A program made the position numbers and the translations under genes. The notes below the pieces were generated by a model. It worked only from the letters and a program-made list of their open reading frames with translations, was not told the DNA's origin and searched no databases. From positions 896,001-960,000 of the forward strand of contig OZ250172.1 in assembly GCA_965237905.1 (NCBI GenBank): a stretch of DNA of 64,000 nucleotides. Direction: 5' to 3'. Within the stretch, counting starts at the first letter, position 1, and every line of letters starts with the position of its first letter. Positions 39,766 to 49,289 of the stretch are shown in pieces. This stretch comes from Nitrospinaceae bacterium (GTDB taxonomy: Bacteria; Nitrospinota; Nitrospinia; Nitrospinales; Nitrospinaceae).

Positions 39766-40737
39766 CTATTGGGCCGCTGTTTTTTTGATGGTTTTATAAA
39801 GTTTAGGGCCGGACTTTTCAAGGAAGTCTTCAAAAGACTCCGGTTCGGACAAAGGTTCTAAATAAGGCGCCAGGTGGGACGGATACGCGGGATCGCCTGA
39901 AAAATCCAATCGGATTTCCTTGGCCCCCCATGCCGTCATCAGAACGAACATGAGTGCGACAACAGAAAGCTTTACCATATCGGCCCATCCCACAAATTTG
40001 TTTGCCAGCTTTACACTGGCCCAAAACATGACCAGCAAAAAACCAAAGTGGATGGTGTATTTGGCAAAGATTAAAAAACCATAGTGCGATACCCAGAAAA
40101 ATAAAAACGGATCCCATTTACCATAAAACAGCCAGATTAAAGAGAAGGTATTGCATACGGCCAAGTGGCGCTTAAAATAGGGCTTGCGGAGTGTTATATA
40201 ACAGATCAAACCAATAACGCCTACATACAAGGCGGTGCCTAATAAGAATCCCAATATGATTTCAAAACCATTTGCCTTCCAAAATCTTTCAGTGGGTTCT
40301 CCTAAAAAAGACATCCAAACACTGATTCCCAGAACCACAAGAGTATAGACAATGGCCACCGAGCGCTTGTCGAGAAACTGGCGCAAAGCCAAAAATGTAT
40401 CCATACGCCTGGCGGGTTCCACCGGGTGATCGGGTAAAACCAACTTTAACTTTGTTTTACCAATGTAAACTACACCTCCAGACGCAATCTTGGCTCCCTG
40501 ATCTTGAAGAGTCGTTTCCCCATTGATTCGCGTTCCGTTTTCACTCGCCAAATCCTTTACATAAAATCCTGTGCCGTTTCGCGAAACCGAAAGGTGCTTT
40601 GGCGACACAAAGGGATCATCTAGAATGATATCGTTGGAATAGGAGCGTCCAATAGTTGCCATGCCCTCTTCAAACACATATCGCTTTTCGACGCCATGAC
40701 CGTGCGGAGGAAGCAATTCAATAATCAATCGATCCAT
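39766..40737 (-). CDS. FHA-domain membrane protein
   Basis: IGRSYSNDIILDDPFVSPKH, DLASENGT; about 5-6 TM segments. Confidence 0.9.
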   Translation of the reverse strand: MDRLIIELLPPHGHGVEKRYVFEEGMATIGRSYSNDIILDDPFVSPKHLSVSRNGTGFYVKDLASENGTRINGETTLQDQGAKIASGGVVYIGKTKLKLVLPDHPVEPARRMDTFLALRQFLDKRSVAIVYTLVVLGISVWMSFLGEPTERFWKANGFEIILGFLLGTALYVGVIGLICYITLRKPYFKRHLAVCNTFSLIWLFYGKWDPFLFFWVSHYGFLIFAKYTIHFGFLLVMFWASVKLANKFVGWADMVKLSVVALMFVLMTAWGAKEIRLDFSGDPAYPSHLAPYLEPLSEPESFEDFLEKSGPKLYKTIKKTAAQ

Positions 40738-42014
40738 TGAATGCCTCCCAATAATTTCCCCAGAAAAAGCCTGGCCAGCTTTTCATCAATACCCGCCAGC
40801 CCGATTCGAATAACATGGCCGCGTTTAGGTTCACCCAGCACAGCCAAACTTAAATACACATCATGCAATTTAGGATATTTTTTGTATGGACGCACACAAT
40901 ACGCCGCCTTCCAGTCATGATCCGCAAGCTTGATGAATTTATTTGAGCAACTGAACTCCGCAACTTCCTTTTCGGTGGCGTAAGGGTAATAATGCCTTTT
41001 GGAATAACTGTTAGAATATATTTTATAAAATCCCAAAGGGCTGAGGACTTCACTCTCCATCCAAACAAATGAATACTCAATCGCACCGGTATTCATTTTT
41101 GAGGAAAGATAAACATTGTATTCACTTCTGCACCGCTTGCGGCCGAAGGAGTACAGTTGGCCATCCTTAAGGTCTTCGGGGCTGCTATCTCCCCAACACT
41201 TGATTGCGGAGGCCAGCATATTTTGAGGAATCTTGAGGGAACCGAAGTTTTCCAAAGACAACTTCGTTTTAAGAATTTTCCGGATTGCGCGATCGTGTTT
41301 TTCCAAAATCTGATCTTGAATGATCTCCCGCCAATTCTGCGATTGCCTCTCCTCAGTTTTTTTCCTGGCTAGCTTTTTGAGATACTCCACAGGAACCAGA
41401 TAGCTCAAATCATTGCCCTCAATCGCAACATTGACGCCTATGACCTTTCCCGAGGAACTGAACGCAGGGCCTCCGCTCATTCCAGGATTCAAGGGAGCGG
41501 AGAGTAAAATATGCTGATAAGGATTTACACCGACCAGACCGTTGAATGTTCCTTCGATGATAGTCATCCCCAAATCCAACGGATTGCCCATGGGATAAAC
41601 GCGATCTCCCTTCAACCGGTTCGAGGATCCCAAAGTAAGAAAAGGCACGTTACTGCTCTCGTCTTTTAAAATAGCAAGATCATGCGCCACATCGAGCGCC
41701 AGGATGGACAACTCCCCCTTTTTTTCGGTGCCTTTGTGATATTCGATACGATACCGTTCTGGAGTGTCCACAACATCAGAGATCACGTGGTAATTGGTGG
41801 CGAAAAGCCCTTTTTTGGAAAAGCTGAAACCAGAACCGATCACAGATTTTTCACCCGAACTGATATCGATGATCTGAACTTGATACACCGAATCGCTGTG
41901 ACGCTCATATATATTCTGCGCTGTTTCCGTCAATCCCCAAGTGATGCCTGCCAGGATCGAAAGGATGAGCAACGAAAAAGAAGAGATTAGGATGGGCTTA
42001 TAAAAAAATTTCAT
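40725..42014 (-). CDS. Trypsin-like serine protease, exported, no PDZ evident
   Basis: TNYHV, HDLAIL, LNPGMSGGP; N-terminal hydrophobic segment; Cys-containing C-terminal extension. Confidence 0.9.
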   Translation of the reverse strand: MKFFYKPILISSFSLLILSILAGITWGLTETAQNIYERHSDSVYQVQIIDISSGEKSVIGSGFSFSKKGLFATNYHVISDVVDTPERYRIEYHKGTEKKGELSILALDVAHDLAILKDESSNVPFLTLGSSNRLKGDRVYPMGNPLDLGMTIIEGTFNGLVGVNPYQHILLSAPLNPGMSGGPAFSSSGKVIGVNVAIEGNDLSYLVPVEYLKKLARKKTEERQSQNWREIIQDQILEKHDRAIRKILKTKLSLENFGSLKIPQNMLASAIKCWGDSSPEDLKDGQLYSFGRKRCRSEYNVYLSSKMNTGAIEYSFVWMESEVLSPLGFYKIYSNSYSKRHYYPYATEKEVAEFSCSNKFIKLADHDWKAAYCVRPYKKYPKLHDVYLSLAVLGEPKRGHVIRIGLAGIDEKLARLFLGKLLGGIQWID

Positions 42015-42237
42015 AGATTGCGAAGTTCTAATTTTCAAAAGGCTTCAACTCGGTCATGCTGTTTTCCCAGAATAAGGCCCAATGTGATGAAAATAAATCA
42101 AAAAAGGTCCTTACCCACATGTGATTTCTCAATCAGGAATCGGCAGAACTCACGACCAGATAAGTTCCGGCAAGCATATCCTATTGATAAAACGCTCGGT
42201 AGAGGGAATTGGTCGGGTCTTGCAAATTAACGAGAGG

Positions 42238-42540
42238 TCAATCGTCGGCGAGGTCTTCGGATACATCGGCGATCAGCTTGAGGGCGCCCAGGACTCTGAG
42301 CCGTTCGTCCGAGTCGGAGCCTTCCAGCCATACCCGGTAACCGCTTTCTTCCAGAACGGTTTTGGCGGGCCGCCCGTCTTCCAGATGGCCCTCCAGATTT
42401 TCGAGACACGCAATATCTTTTTGGGCCTGGGCGGCAATCCCCTCAAACTCTGCGGCTTCCTGAATATACTGAAAGGTGTGAGCGGAGTCCGGCAATTGCC
42501 AGGAAAGCTCTGCTAGAATCGGGTGGGCTTTAGAATTCAT
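42238..42540 (-). CDS. Hypothetical protein, 100 aa
   Basis: Begins 15 nt after the TIR-TPR stop; GGAG RBS. Confidence 0.65.
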   Translation of the reverse strand: MNSKAHPILAELSWQLPDSAHTFQYIQEAAEFEGIAAQAQKDIACLENLEGHLEDGRPAKTVLEESGYRVWLEGSDSDERLRVLGALKLIADVSEDLADD

Positions 42541-42555
42541 TGCTATTCACATCTC

Positions 42556-43854
42556 CTATGGTATCCGGTTCAGGGATTCGCGTAACGCAATCAGACGGTC
42601 TCTCAAAGTAACAGCCCAGAGCTCCTCATGAAAACTCAAAACTTCTTCGGCCCGATCAAGGTAGATGTTGACCCGCTCATGGTCTCGCAGGCGATAATAA
42701 GTATCGCCCAGATCCAACAGTAGGTGCGCTTCTTCTTTTCTATTTTCCAAATATTTTGCGGCGTTTAAAGCCAACTCCAAATATTCCGCGGTCCGTTCCA
42801 ATTCTCCCGCCTTTTGATAATTCAGGCCGATGCCTACCAGTAGTTCCAATTCTTTTTCATGATTTTCAAATTCCCGATAAATCGCCAGAGCTTTCAGATA
42901 GCACTCGATCGCGCGTGTTATTTTATCCTGCTTGACATAAACATACCCAAGGCCGTTATAGGCGCTCCCGACGAAAGCGCGCAAGCCGTTGGAATCGGCC
43001 CGCAACAATTGTTCCTGATAATACGTTTTAGCGGCTTCGATATCCCCTGAAATCGCAAAGGCATCGCCCAGGCTTGCCAACAACTCGCACTCTTCTTCCA
43101 CATTTTCAGCTTCACGCACAATTACAAGTTGTTCCTGAAAACATTGAATCGCCCGTTGAGTCTGACTCAATTTTGTAAAAGCCAAACCTAATGCGGATAG
43201 CGCATTCTTTTCTCTGGCACGATCGCCCAAGCGGCGCGCTTCTTCCAAATTAAATCGTTCCGACTCGATCACCCGGCGCAACTCCAGAGCTCCAGAAAAC
43301 TCCAAACCCAATCCTATCGGTTGAAGCGGCCTGCCTTCAGCATCCGTTAGATCCCGGTAATTCTGGTAAATTGATTGAGATAATTTTTCCTCCACCTCCC
43401 TTTTGAAGTCCAGTTCCTCTTCGACATCCTCTAGAAACTGATGCAAATCTTCGGACCAAAATGCGTTTCTCAACCGATACGATTTGCATTCCAGCAAACG
43501 TTTCCAGGCACCCGGCGCGTTCTGTTTTTCTGGAAGTATAACGTCATCAATCAACAACGAAACGATTAATAAATCCAAATTCATTGCCGTGACGATTTCA
43601 AACCGAAGGCGTTCATTCAACAGCCGGTCGCCGATAAGGGACTCCGATCGTTCCGTAGAGGACGATTCCCCCTCAATCACCACAAACAGAGCATCACAAA
43701 CCGCCAGGCTTTTTTTGATTTTTTCCGGAACAAATCCATCACGCTCACTCCCTAATATGCACTTCCCTTCCAGGAACGATTCACACGCGGTGGTTAATCT
43801 TTCAACCACCGGTTCGGACTCGCGGGAAACCCAACTGAAATAAAACATCGACAT
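42556..43854 (-). CDS. TIR-like domain + TPR protein
   Basis: N-terminus FYFSW...CDALFVVI...RFEIVTAM...IVSLLIDDVILP resembles TIR_2; TPRs such as AYNGLGYVYVKQDKITRAIECYLKALAI. Confidence 0.7.
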   Translation of the reverse strand: MSMFYFSWVSRESEPVVERLTTACESFLEGKCILGSERDGFVPEKIKKSLAVCDALFVVIEGESSSTERSESLIGDRLLNERLRFEIVTAMNLDLLIVSLLIDDVILPEKQNAPGAWKRLLECKSYRLRNAFWSEDLHQFLEDVEEELDFKREVEEKLSQSIYQNYRDLTDAEGRPLQPIGLGLEFSGALELRRVIESERFNLEEARRLGDRAREKNALSALGLAFTKLSQTQRAIQCFQEQLVIVREAENVEEECELLASLGDAFAISGDIEAAKTYYQEQLLRADSNGLRAFVGSAYNGLGYVYVKQDKITRAIECYLKALAIYREFENHEKELELLVGIGLNYQKAGELERTAEYLELALNAAKYLENRKEEAHLLLDLGDTYYRLRDHERVNIYLDRAEEVLSFHEELWAVTLRDRLIALRESLNRIP

Positions 43855-43866
43855 TTTAAAATCGGA

Positions 43867-44409
43867 TTAAGATGAGGAATGGACTTCAATGCAATCTTCT
43901 ATCTTTTTTTGCTGACTCAGACGATTGACGATCCCTTCTTTCAACTCATCACTGAATTCGTTGATTCCGCCATCGTCACATCCTTCAATTTTCCATTCAT
44001 ACCCCTCAAACAAGTTTCCGCCGTTGCACAGGGCTTCAATCTCCTTGACGGCTTCTTCTTTGCTTTCGGATTTTAACGGAACTTCCAGATGGGTATTCAC
44101 GGGAATGTGAGCCACGTTGAGTTCGAATTGTATCTTCGAGCCATTCCAGAAAACGCTGTCCTCAGGCTCTTCCTGCTCGAGGCGTTCAAGGATATCAGCC
44201 CGTAACTGGTCATTGAAATCATGGATGCCGCCTTCGGCACACCCTTCAATTTTCCACTCGTACCCCTTAAACAGATCATCGCATTCCAGCATCCGGGTCA
44301 CTTCCTTACACGCTTCCTCATTGGTGGTTCTGGATTTTAAGATCACTTCCAGGTTGGTATAAACCGAAACATTGCGCACTTTTAGTATATATTTCGAATG
44401 GTTTTCCAT
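43867..44409 (-). CDS. Hypothetical protein built from two copies of a ~87-aa domain
   Basis: T.LEV.LKS....EEA.KE...LF.GYEWKIEGC..GGI..F occurs twice, 261 nt apart. Confidence 0.75.
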   Translation of the reverse strand: MENHSKYILKVRNVSVYTNLEVILKSRTTNEEACKEVTRMLECDDLFKGYEWKIEGCAEGGIHDFNDQLRADILERLEQEEPEDSVFWNGSKIQFELNVAHIPVNTHLEVPLKSESKEEAVKEIEALCNGGNLFEGYEWKIEGCDDGGINEFSDELKEGIVNRLSQQKKIEDCIEVHSSS

Positions 44410-44682
44410 CGTCAAAATTTCCCTTGGCTGCATTTTTCATGATGCCTTCTAATAAACGAATGTCTACTATACAAGCTAACCAACCAAGGGTCAGCCAAAA
44501 TCGCTAACCCCTTATTAAATAAAATACATTCCCCTTTCCATTTTCCATCCCTTTTCGTAAGAAAGGCCTGTTCATAAACGCCTCCAAGTCTCTCAAGTCG
44601 AATAGTCCAAGAAGATCCGTCTGAAACAGCCCTCAATCCGTCAACCGAAACCCTTGATATTTCATTCATTAATAACAAAAAG

Positions 44683-44696
44683 GTAAACATGTTTAC
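44683..44696. promoter_or_regulatory. Palindromic putative TetR operator
   Basis: Perfect palindrome GTAAACATGTTTAC flanked by A and T tracts, upstream of the TetR-containing operon. Confidence 0.6.
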
Positions 44697-44738
44697 TTTT
44701 TTGTTGTGTCCCACGAAACCCTGCTGTACCCTTAAACC

Positions 44739-45656
44739 ATGAGCACAATCGTTATTGCAGGTGGCAGTGGATTTATCGGACGGCATCTATGCCGATACTT
44801 CCAAAAACGTGGTTTCCAAGTGGTGATTTTGAGCCGACAACCCTCTTCAGCAGGTGAGCTTAAAACAGCCCAATGGAATGGGAAGAACCTGGGAAGGTGG
44901 GTCCCCTACCTCAATGGCGCGAGGGCTCTGATCAACTTAGCTGGGAAGCGCATTGACTGTGCACTGACCGCTGAAAATCGGAAAGAGATTCTTCAATCTC
45001 GATTAGACGCGATAAGTACCCTTCATTTGGCTATCCAGCAATGTGCGGACCCGCCAAGAGTATTTATCCAGGCAGGAGCTATGGGATATTTTGGCGACAC
45101 TAAAGAAAAAATTATTAAGGAAAATAACCCTTCCGGAAATGATTTTTTCAGCGAAGTGGCATCAACCTATGAAAATGAATTTATGAAATCTCCCGCTCCA
45201 GTAAATACCCGCAAGGTTGTTTTAAGAATCCCCTTTGCGCTTTTCAAAGATGGCGGAGTCCTCCCGCGATTTGAAAATCTGGTTAAGAGATATTTAGGTG
45301 GGACACAGGGTACGGGAAATCAGTTTATCTGCTGGGGACATATCTTGGATATCGCCAGGTGTTTTCATTGGGCCATTGAAAATGAAAAAGTAAGGGGAGC
45401 CTACAACCTCTGCTCACCCAATCCGATTCAAAATCGCCACTTCATGAAAACATTAAGAATCGTATTGGGAAGACGTTTTGGATTACCTTTGCCTGTCTGG
45501 ATTATCAAACTGGTATTTCATTATCTTTTAAAAACAGATCCACTATTGTTACTGAGTGGGCGTAATGCCAGCTCTGAGAGATTAAAAAAGGAAGGATTTA
45601 CTTTCTTACACCCGCATATAAAAGAGACTTTAGAGGATATCTATCATGAGGCCTAG
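44739..45656 (+). CDS. TIGR01777/YfcH-like NAD-binding epimerase family protein
   Basis: IAGGSGFIG, LINLAG, GTQGTGNQF, YNLCSPNP. Confidence 0.88.
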   Translation: MSTIVIAGGSGFIGRHLCRYFQKRGFQVVILSRQPSSAGELKTAQWNGKNLGRWVPYLNGARALINLAGKRIDCALTAENRKEILQSRLDAISTLHLAIQQCADPPRVFIQAGAMGYFGDTKEKIIKENNPSGNDFFSEVASTYENEFMKSPAPVNTRKVVLRIPFALFKDGGVLPRFENLVKRYLGGTQGTGNQFICWGHILDIARCFHWAIENEKVRGAYNLCSPNPIQNRHFMKTLRIVLGRRFGLPLPVWIIKLVFHYLLKTDPLLLLSGRNASSERLKKEGFTFLHPHIKETLEDIYHEA

Positions 45657-46341
45657 TGTATTCAAATCTAAAAAGAAAGAAGAGTACTACCAAATTGCGA
45701 TGGAAGAATTCCTAAAAAATGGTTTTCATCAAACGACGATGAGAGACTTAGCCAAAAAATCCGGAAAATCACCAGGCGCTTTCTATAAACATTTCTCCTC
45801 TAAGGAGGAAATAGTTCATCATTTTTATCTTAGGGAACTGGAAAACTTCAAAAAAAAGGCCAAAGAGATAGAGTTGAGCCGGTTGAAATGCTCGAGACGC
45901 CTGATCGATCTATTTTCGTATCGATTCAAGGCATTTGCGTCCTACCATCAAATCCTGTTCGATATTGCCGGCACGGCAACAGATCCCCACTCACCGCTGT
46001 CGCCCTTCTCTCGCGAAGCACTTCCTATCAGAACCGCCTATATAAAAATCTTTAAAAAGGTTCTAAAGGGAACAGATTTTCATTGTCATAAAAACCTCGA
46101 AAAATATGTAGGAGCCTTACTGTGGTATTGCATGATGGCGATTCTATTTTTCTGGGTGTTTGACCGCAGTAAACATCAAACCAACACCACCAAATTAATC
46201 GAACTGTCTTTGCCGTTGGTGATCACTGGATTTAAAACAACCCGTTATCCTCTACCAAAACAAATCAACAAAAAACTTCATGCTTTTGTTCAATTATTAT
46301 TCAGGAGAAGTTCAATCTCAGGAGATTCTTATGAACATTGA
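45646..46341 (+). CDS. TetR-family regulator
   Basis: TTMRDLAKKSGKSPGAFYKHFSSKEEIV; DPHSPLSPFS. Confidence 0.9.
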   Translation: MRPSVFKSKKKEEYYQIAMEEFLKNGFHQTTMRDLAKKSGKSPGAFYKHFSSKEEIVHHFYLRELENFKKKAKEIELSRLKCSRRLIDLFSYRFKAFASYHQILFDIAGTATDPHSPLSPFSREALPIRTAYIKIFKKVLKGTDFHCHKNLEKYVGALLWYCMMAILFFWVFDRSKHQTNTTKLIELSLPLVITGFKTTRYPLPKQINKKLHAFVQLLFRRSSISGDSYEH

Positions 46342-47197
46342 AGAAATTTACTTTAAGTTATTTTTACTCATTGCCTTTATCTTGGGTCCTACTCTGACCC
46401 AAGTTTTCATATTTAAAGGAAAGGGTCCTAAATCATATGCCCTTATCCATAAAATAGTCATTGCCATTTTAATTATAGGTGAACTGGCACACCTGAGTGT
46501 TCTTTCTCTTGTTTGGCCTATTTTTTGTGCCTATGGATTGATTATTCTTTTGCGATTGAACGGGTTCAGCATCTTCTCACACCCCCTCACTCTCTTCACA
46601 AATACATTTATGCTACTTTCAAACCCTCGCGCTCTTCTCGAGTTAGTCGCACTGGGATTTAGCATCGGAGGGTCTTTTTGGTTTTTGGGCGGAGTCTTTA
46701 ATTTCGACCTAGTGGGTTATGACGCCTTTTGGTGCTACTTAACCGCCTTGCATTTTAATTTCCTCGGGTGGCTTTTAGTAGGATGCCTGAGCTACTTATC
46801 CCGCTATTACAATGGGATTCATTCAAAGGTATTTTTGGCAGGAGGATTTTTGATTACGGGGTTTTTTATGTTAGTCGCTATGGGATTCCATGGCGTACCC
46901 TATGTCAAGCTTTTAGCCGTTCCCGGATTATCCTTGGTTGTTCCTTTCCTACTGTTCTGGCATTTTGTCAACACGCTTAAACAATCCAGGATATATGTCT
47001 CACTATTTGCTGGCATTAGTGTGTTGGCCAATCTCTTATCTATGGTTTTAGCCTTCGCCTATGAATTTTCCATAGCGATTCTAGGAACTTCTTATAACAT
47101 CCACAACATGATACCCACCCATGGGCTTTTAAATGCGATCGTAGTGATCCCGGCTTTATTAATCTCACTATTTTTGATGAAAAAACAGCACCATTAG
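46331..47197 (+). CDS. YndJ-like membrane protein
   Basis: Multi-TM; LTALHFNFLG and MIPTHGLLNA motifs. Confidence 0.75.
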   Translation: MNIEEIYFKLFLLIAFILGPTLTQVFIFKGKGPKSYALIHKIVIAILIIGELAHLSVLSLVWPIFCAYGLIILLRLNGFSIFSHPLTLFTNTFMLLSNPRALLELVALGFSIGGSFWFLGGVFNFDLVGYDAFWCYLTALHFNFLGWLLVGCLSYLSRYYNGIHSKVFLAGGFLITGFFMLVAMGFHGVPYVKLLAVPGLSLVVPFLLFWHFVNTLKQSRIYVSLFAGISVLANLLSMVLAFAYEFSIAILGTSYNIHNMIPTHGLLNAIVVIPALLISLFLMKKQHH

Positions 47198-47273
47198 GAT
47201 CCGCTATGAAACGAGAATACTAATAGTTAGAATCCTTTGACCGCAACTGCAATTAAGAGGTTACGGTATCGGT

Positions 47274-47954
47274 TTAATCCCTCTTGGGTGCTTTTTGCTT
47301 AAGAAGGCTGGCGATAGCCGCTTCGGTTTCCCGGTATCTTCCTTCACCGAAGTGAGTGTACCGCACCACGCCGTTTTTATCGATCAGGTAGAAAGCCGGC
47401 CAATATCGGTTGCGATAGGCCCGCCAAAGTTTGAATCCATTGTCCAAAGCAATTGGGAAGGTGAGCCCGTGTTTTTTAACCGCCTGTTTGACGTTAGTCA
47501 GCTTTCGCTCAAACTGAAATTCCGGCGCGTGGATGCCGAGGACCACCAGTCCGTCCTTGGCGTACTTCTCATGCCAGGCTTGAACGTGGGGGAACGTGTT
47601 GATGCAATTGAAACAGGAGTAAGTCCAAAAATCCACGAGGATCACTTTTCCGCGCAGTTCTTTCATTGAGTTTATTTTTTCCGAATTGATCCAATGGCTG
47701 AGTCCCGAAATTTCCGGAGCGTTAAAAAGAGCCGGCAGTGAAGAAGGCTGTGGCTTGGTAGAATGTGCCATTACATAAGGAACGGAAGCAAGTAAAAGAG
47801 ACATCCAAAAAAATCCCGCAATCAGAACACTGACGCCAGACCACTTACCGATCGATCCCCTGATCCCACCCGCACTCTGGCTAAAAAGTAGGGTGGATAG
47901 CCTATTTGATGAATTGTTCTTCAGAAAATGCATATTATGAACTCCTTTCAGCAT
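47274..47954 (-). CDS. Exported thioredoxin-like protein (DipZ-type redoxin domain)
   Basis: LRGKVILVDFWTYSCFNC, GIHAPEF, NRYWPAFY. Start uncertain. Confidence 0.9.
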   Translation of the reverse strand: MLKGVHNMHFLKNNSSNRLSTLLFSQSAGGIRGSIGKWSGVSVLIAGFFWMSLLLASVPYVMAHSTKPQPSSLPALFNAPEISGLSHWINSEKINSMKELRGKVILVDFWTYSCFNCINTFPHVQAWHEKYAKDGLVVLGIHAPEFQFERKLTNVKQAVKKHGLTFPIALDNGFKLWRAYRNRYWPAFYLIDKNGVVRYTHFGEGRYRETEAAIASLLKQKAPKRD

Positions 47955-47975
47955 AAAACAAATTATTGCAACAGA

Positions 47976-48467
47976 TTAGATATTATTGGAAGCCATTTCT
48001 GCAGAATGGTCGTTTCCTTGAGCCAGATGATTTTTCTCTCGTTTTATAGCCAGACGCAGTAAGTAAAAAGATGCGATGACAAGTACTATATCCTCTACAA
48101 CTGTCCAGCCCGTTAGCGGACGGGAAAAAAATACACCAAAGCAACCGCAATTGAGTACCGATACTCCACGCCATAAAGTCACCAATGTCCAAAGCGTAAA
48201 TATGGAATGCAACACCAGAGAGCCCAAGGCACCCATAACAAGCGTGTTGTCTCGAAAAAGCCATTCGGAAATTCTCAATTCCACCAGAATCAAAGTGACA
48301 GCAACCAAGTGCAGTCCCCAATCGGGAATGGCCTGATAGGTAATGAGAACTTGAACAAAACCCGGCACATCCAGTAGTTTTCCGAGACCGGAGAGAAGCA
48401 GGACCGAGGCTATAAAATAACGCAGAACTCCAATAACAATTTTATTGGTAGTTGACAGTCCAGTCAT
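47976..48467 (-). CDS. MauE/DoxX-family membrane protein
   Basis: LLSGLGKLLD; NCGCFG; about 4 TM segments. Confidence 0.85.
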   Translation of the reverse strand: MTGLSTTNKIVIGVLRYFIASVLLLSGLGKLLDVPGFVQVLITYQAIPDWGLHLVAVTLILVELRISEWLFRDNTLVMGALGSLVLHSIFTLWTLVTLWRGVSVLNCGCFGVFFSRPLTGWTVVEDIVLVIASFYLLRLAIKREKNHLAQGNDHSAEMASNNI

Positions 48468-49269
48468 AGGGAATAAATTCCACTTCAAAGGTTTCATCGA
48501 TGGGTGAAGTACGATAGCGATTGATGTACTCAATAAGCGATGACGCTGTTTTCGGATTCACAAAGTCCTCTTCGTAGAAACTGAAAATTTCTGAGAGCCG
48601 AACCTTACGGGCAGATTCCACGACTTTCACATGACGAGGCTTATTGGCAAATTCTCTGGCCAAGACGTTTAGGGTGCTATCCAAGTCCTCTGCCCGGAAA
48701 GGGGTTTGGGGAAGACGGGGACAGGCCTTGACCATACAGTTGAGCGCAAAATGCACCCGAGGGTCACCCAAAGGTCGAATGATATCGTTTTCATAATCGT
48801 ACAGTGAAATCTCCTCGCCGCCGATACTAAAACGTGTGAATGCGAAAAATTTTGCCCGGTCCGTAAAACTTTGAAAATCATTCGGGAATTTGTAGGAAAT
48901 GACTCCGTACATGGCCAGGGCGTTGTAGGAGTTCAGATAATATGCCATCCGATCATCAGGAGTCGAAAACTTCTCAGGGTTTTTCTCCGGGCTGGTTTGG
49001 GAAATATATGAAACCACCTGATACAAAGATGCGGGATTTTCGGCAACGCTTTTAAAAGCGACCCGGCCTTGCGAATCTACCGATTGCATCAATACTTGAG
49101 CCCAGGATTCCTGCGCCGATTCCTTGGACACCGTTTGATGTTCTGCCTTTTGAAGTGATGGAGGCTGGATCACGGTCACGCACCCCGACATCAAAAGGCC
49201 GCATACAAAGATCAATCCGGCATGGAAAAACCGTAATTTCGAATCAAACCATACTTTAATAATATTCAT
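48442..49269 (-). CDS. DUF547-family lipoprotein
   Basis: Lipobox MSG-C; AYYLNSYNA; DPRVHFALNCMVKACP; YDWTVN. Confidence 0.9.
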   Translation of the reverse strand: MNIIKVWFDSKLRFFHAGLIFVCGLLMSGCVTVIQPPSLQKAEHQTVSKESAQESWAQVLMQSVDSQGRVAFKSVAENPASLYQVVSYISQTSPEKNPEKFSTPDDRMAYYLNSYNALAMYGVISYKFPNDFQSFTDRAKFFAFTRFSIGGEEISLYDYENDIIRPLGDPRVHFALNCMVKACPRLPQTPFRAEDLDSTLNVLAREFANKPRHVKVVESARKVRLSEIFSFYEEDFVNPKTASSLIEYINRYRTSPIDETFEVEFIPYDWTVNYQ

Positions 49270-49289
49270 CAGGCCACCTCATAATATTT

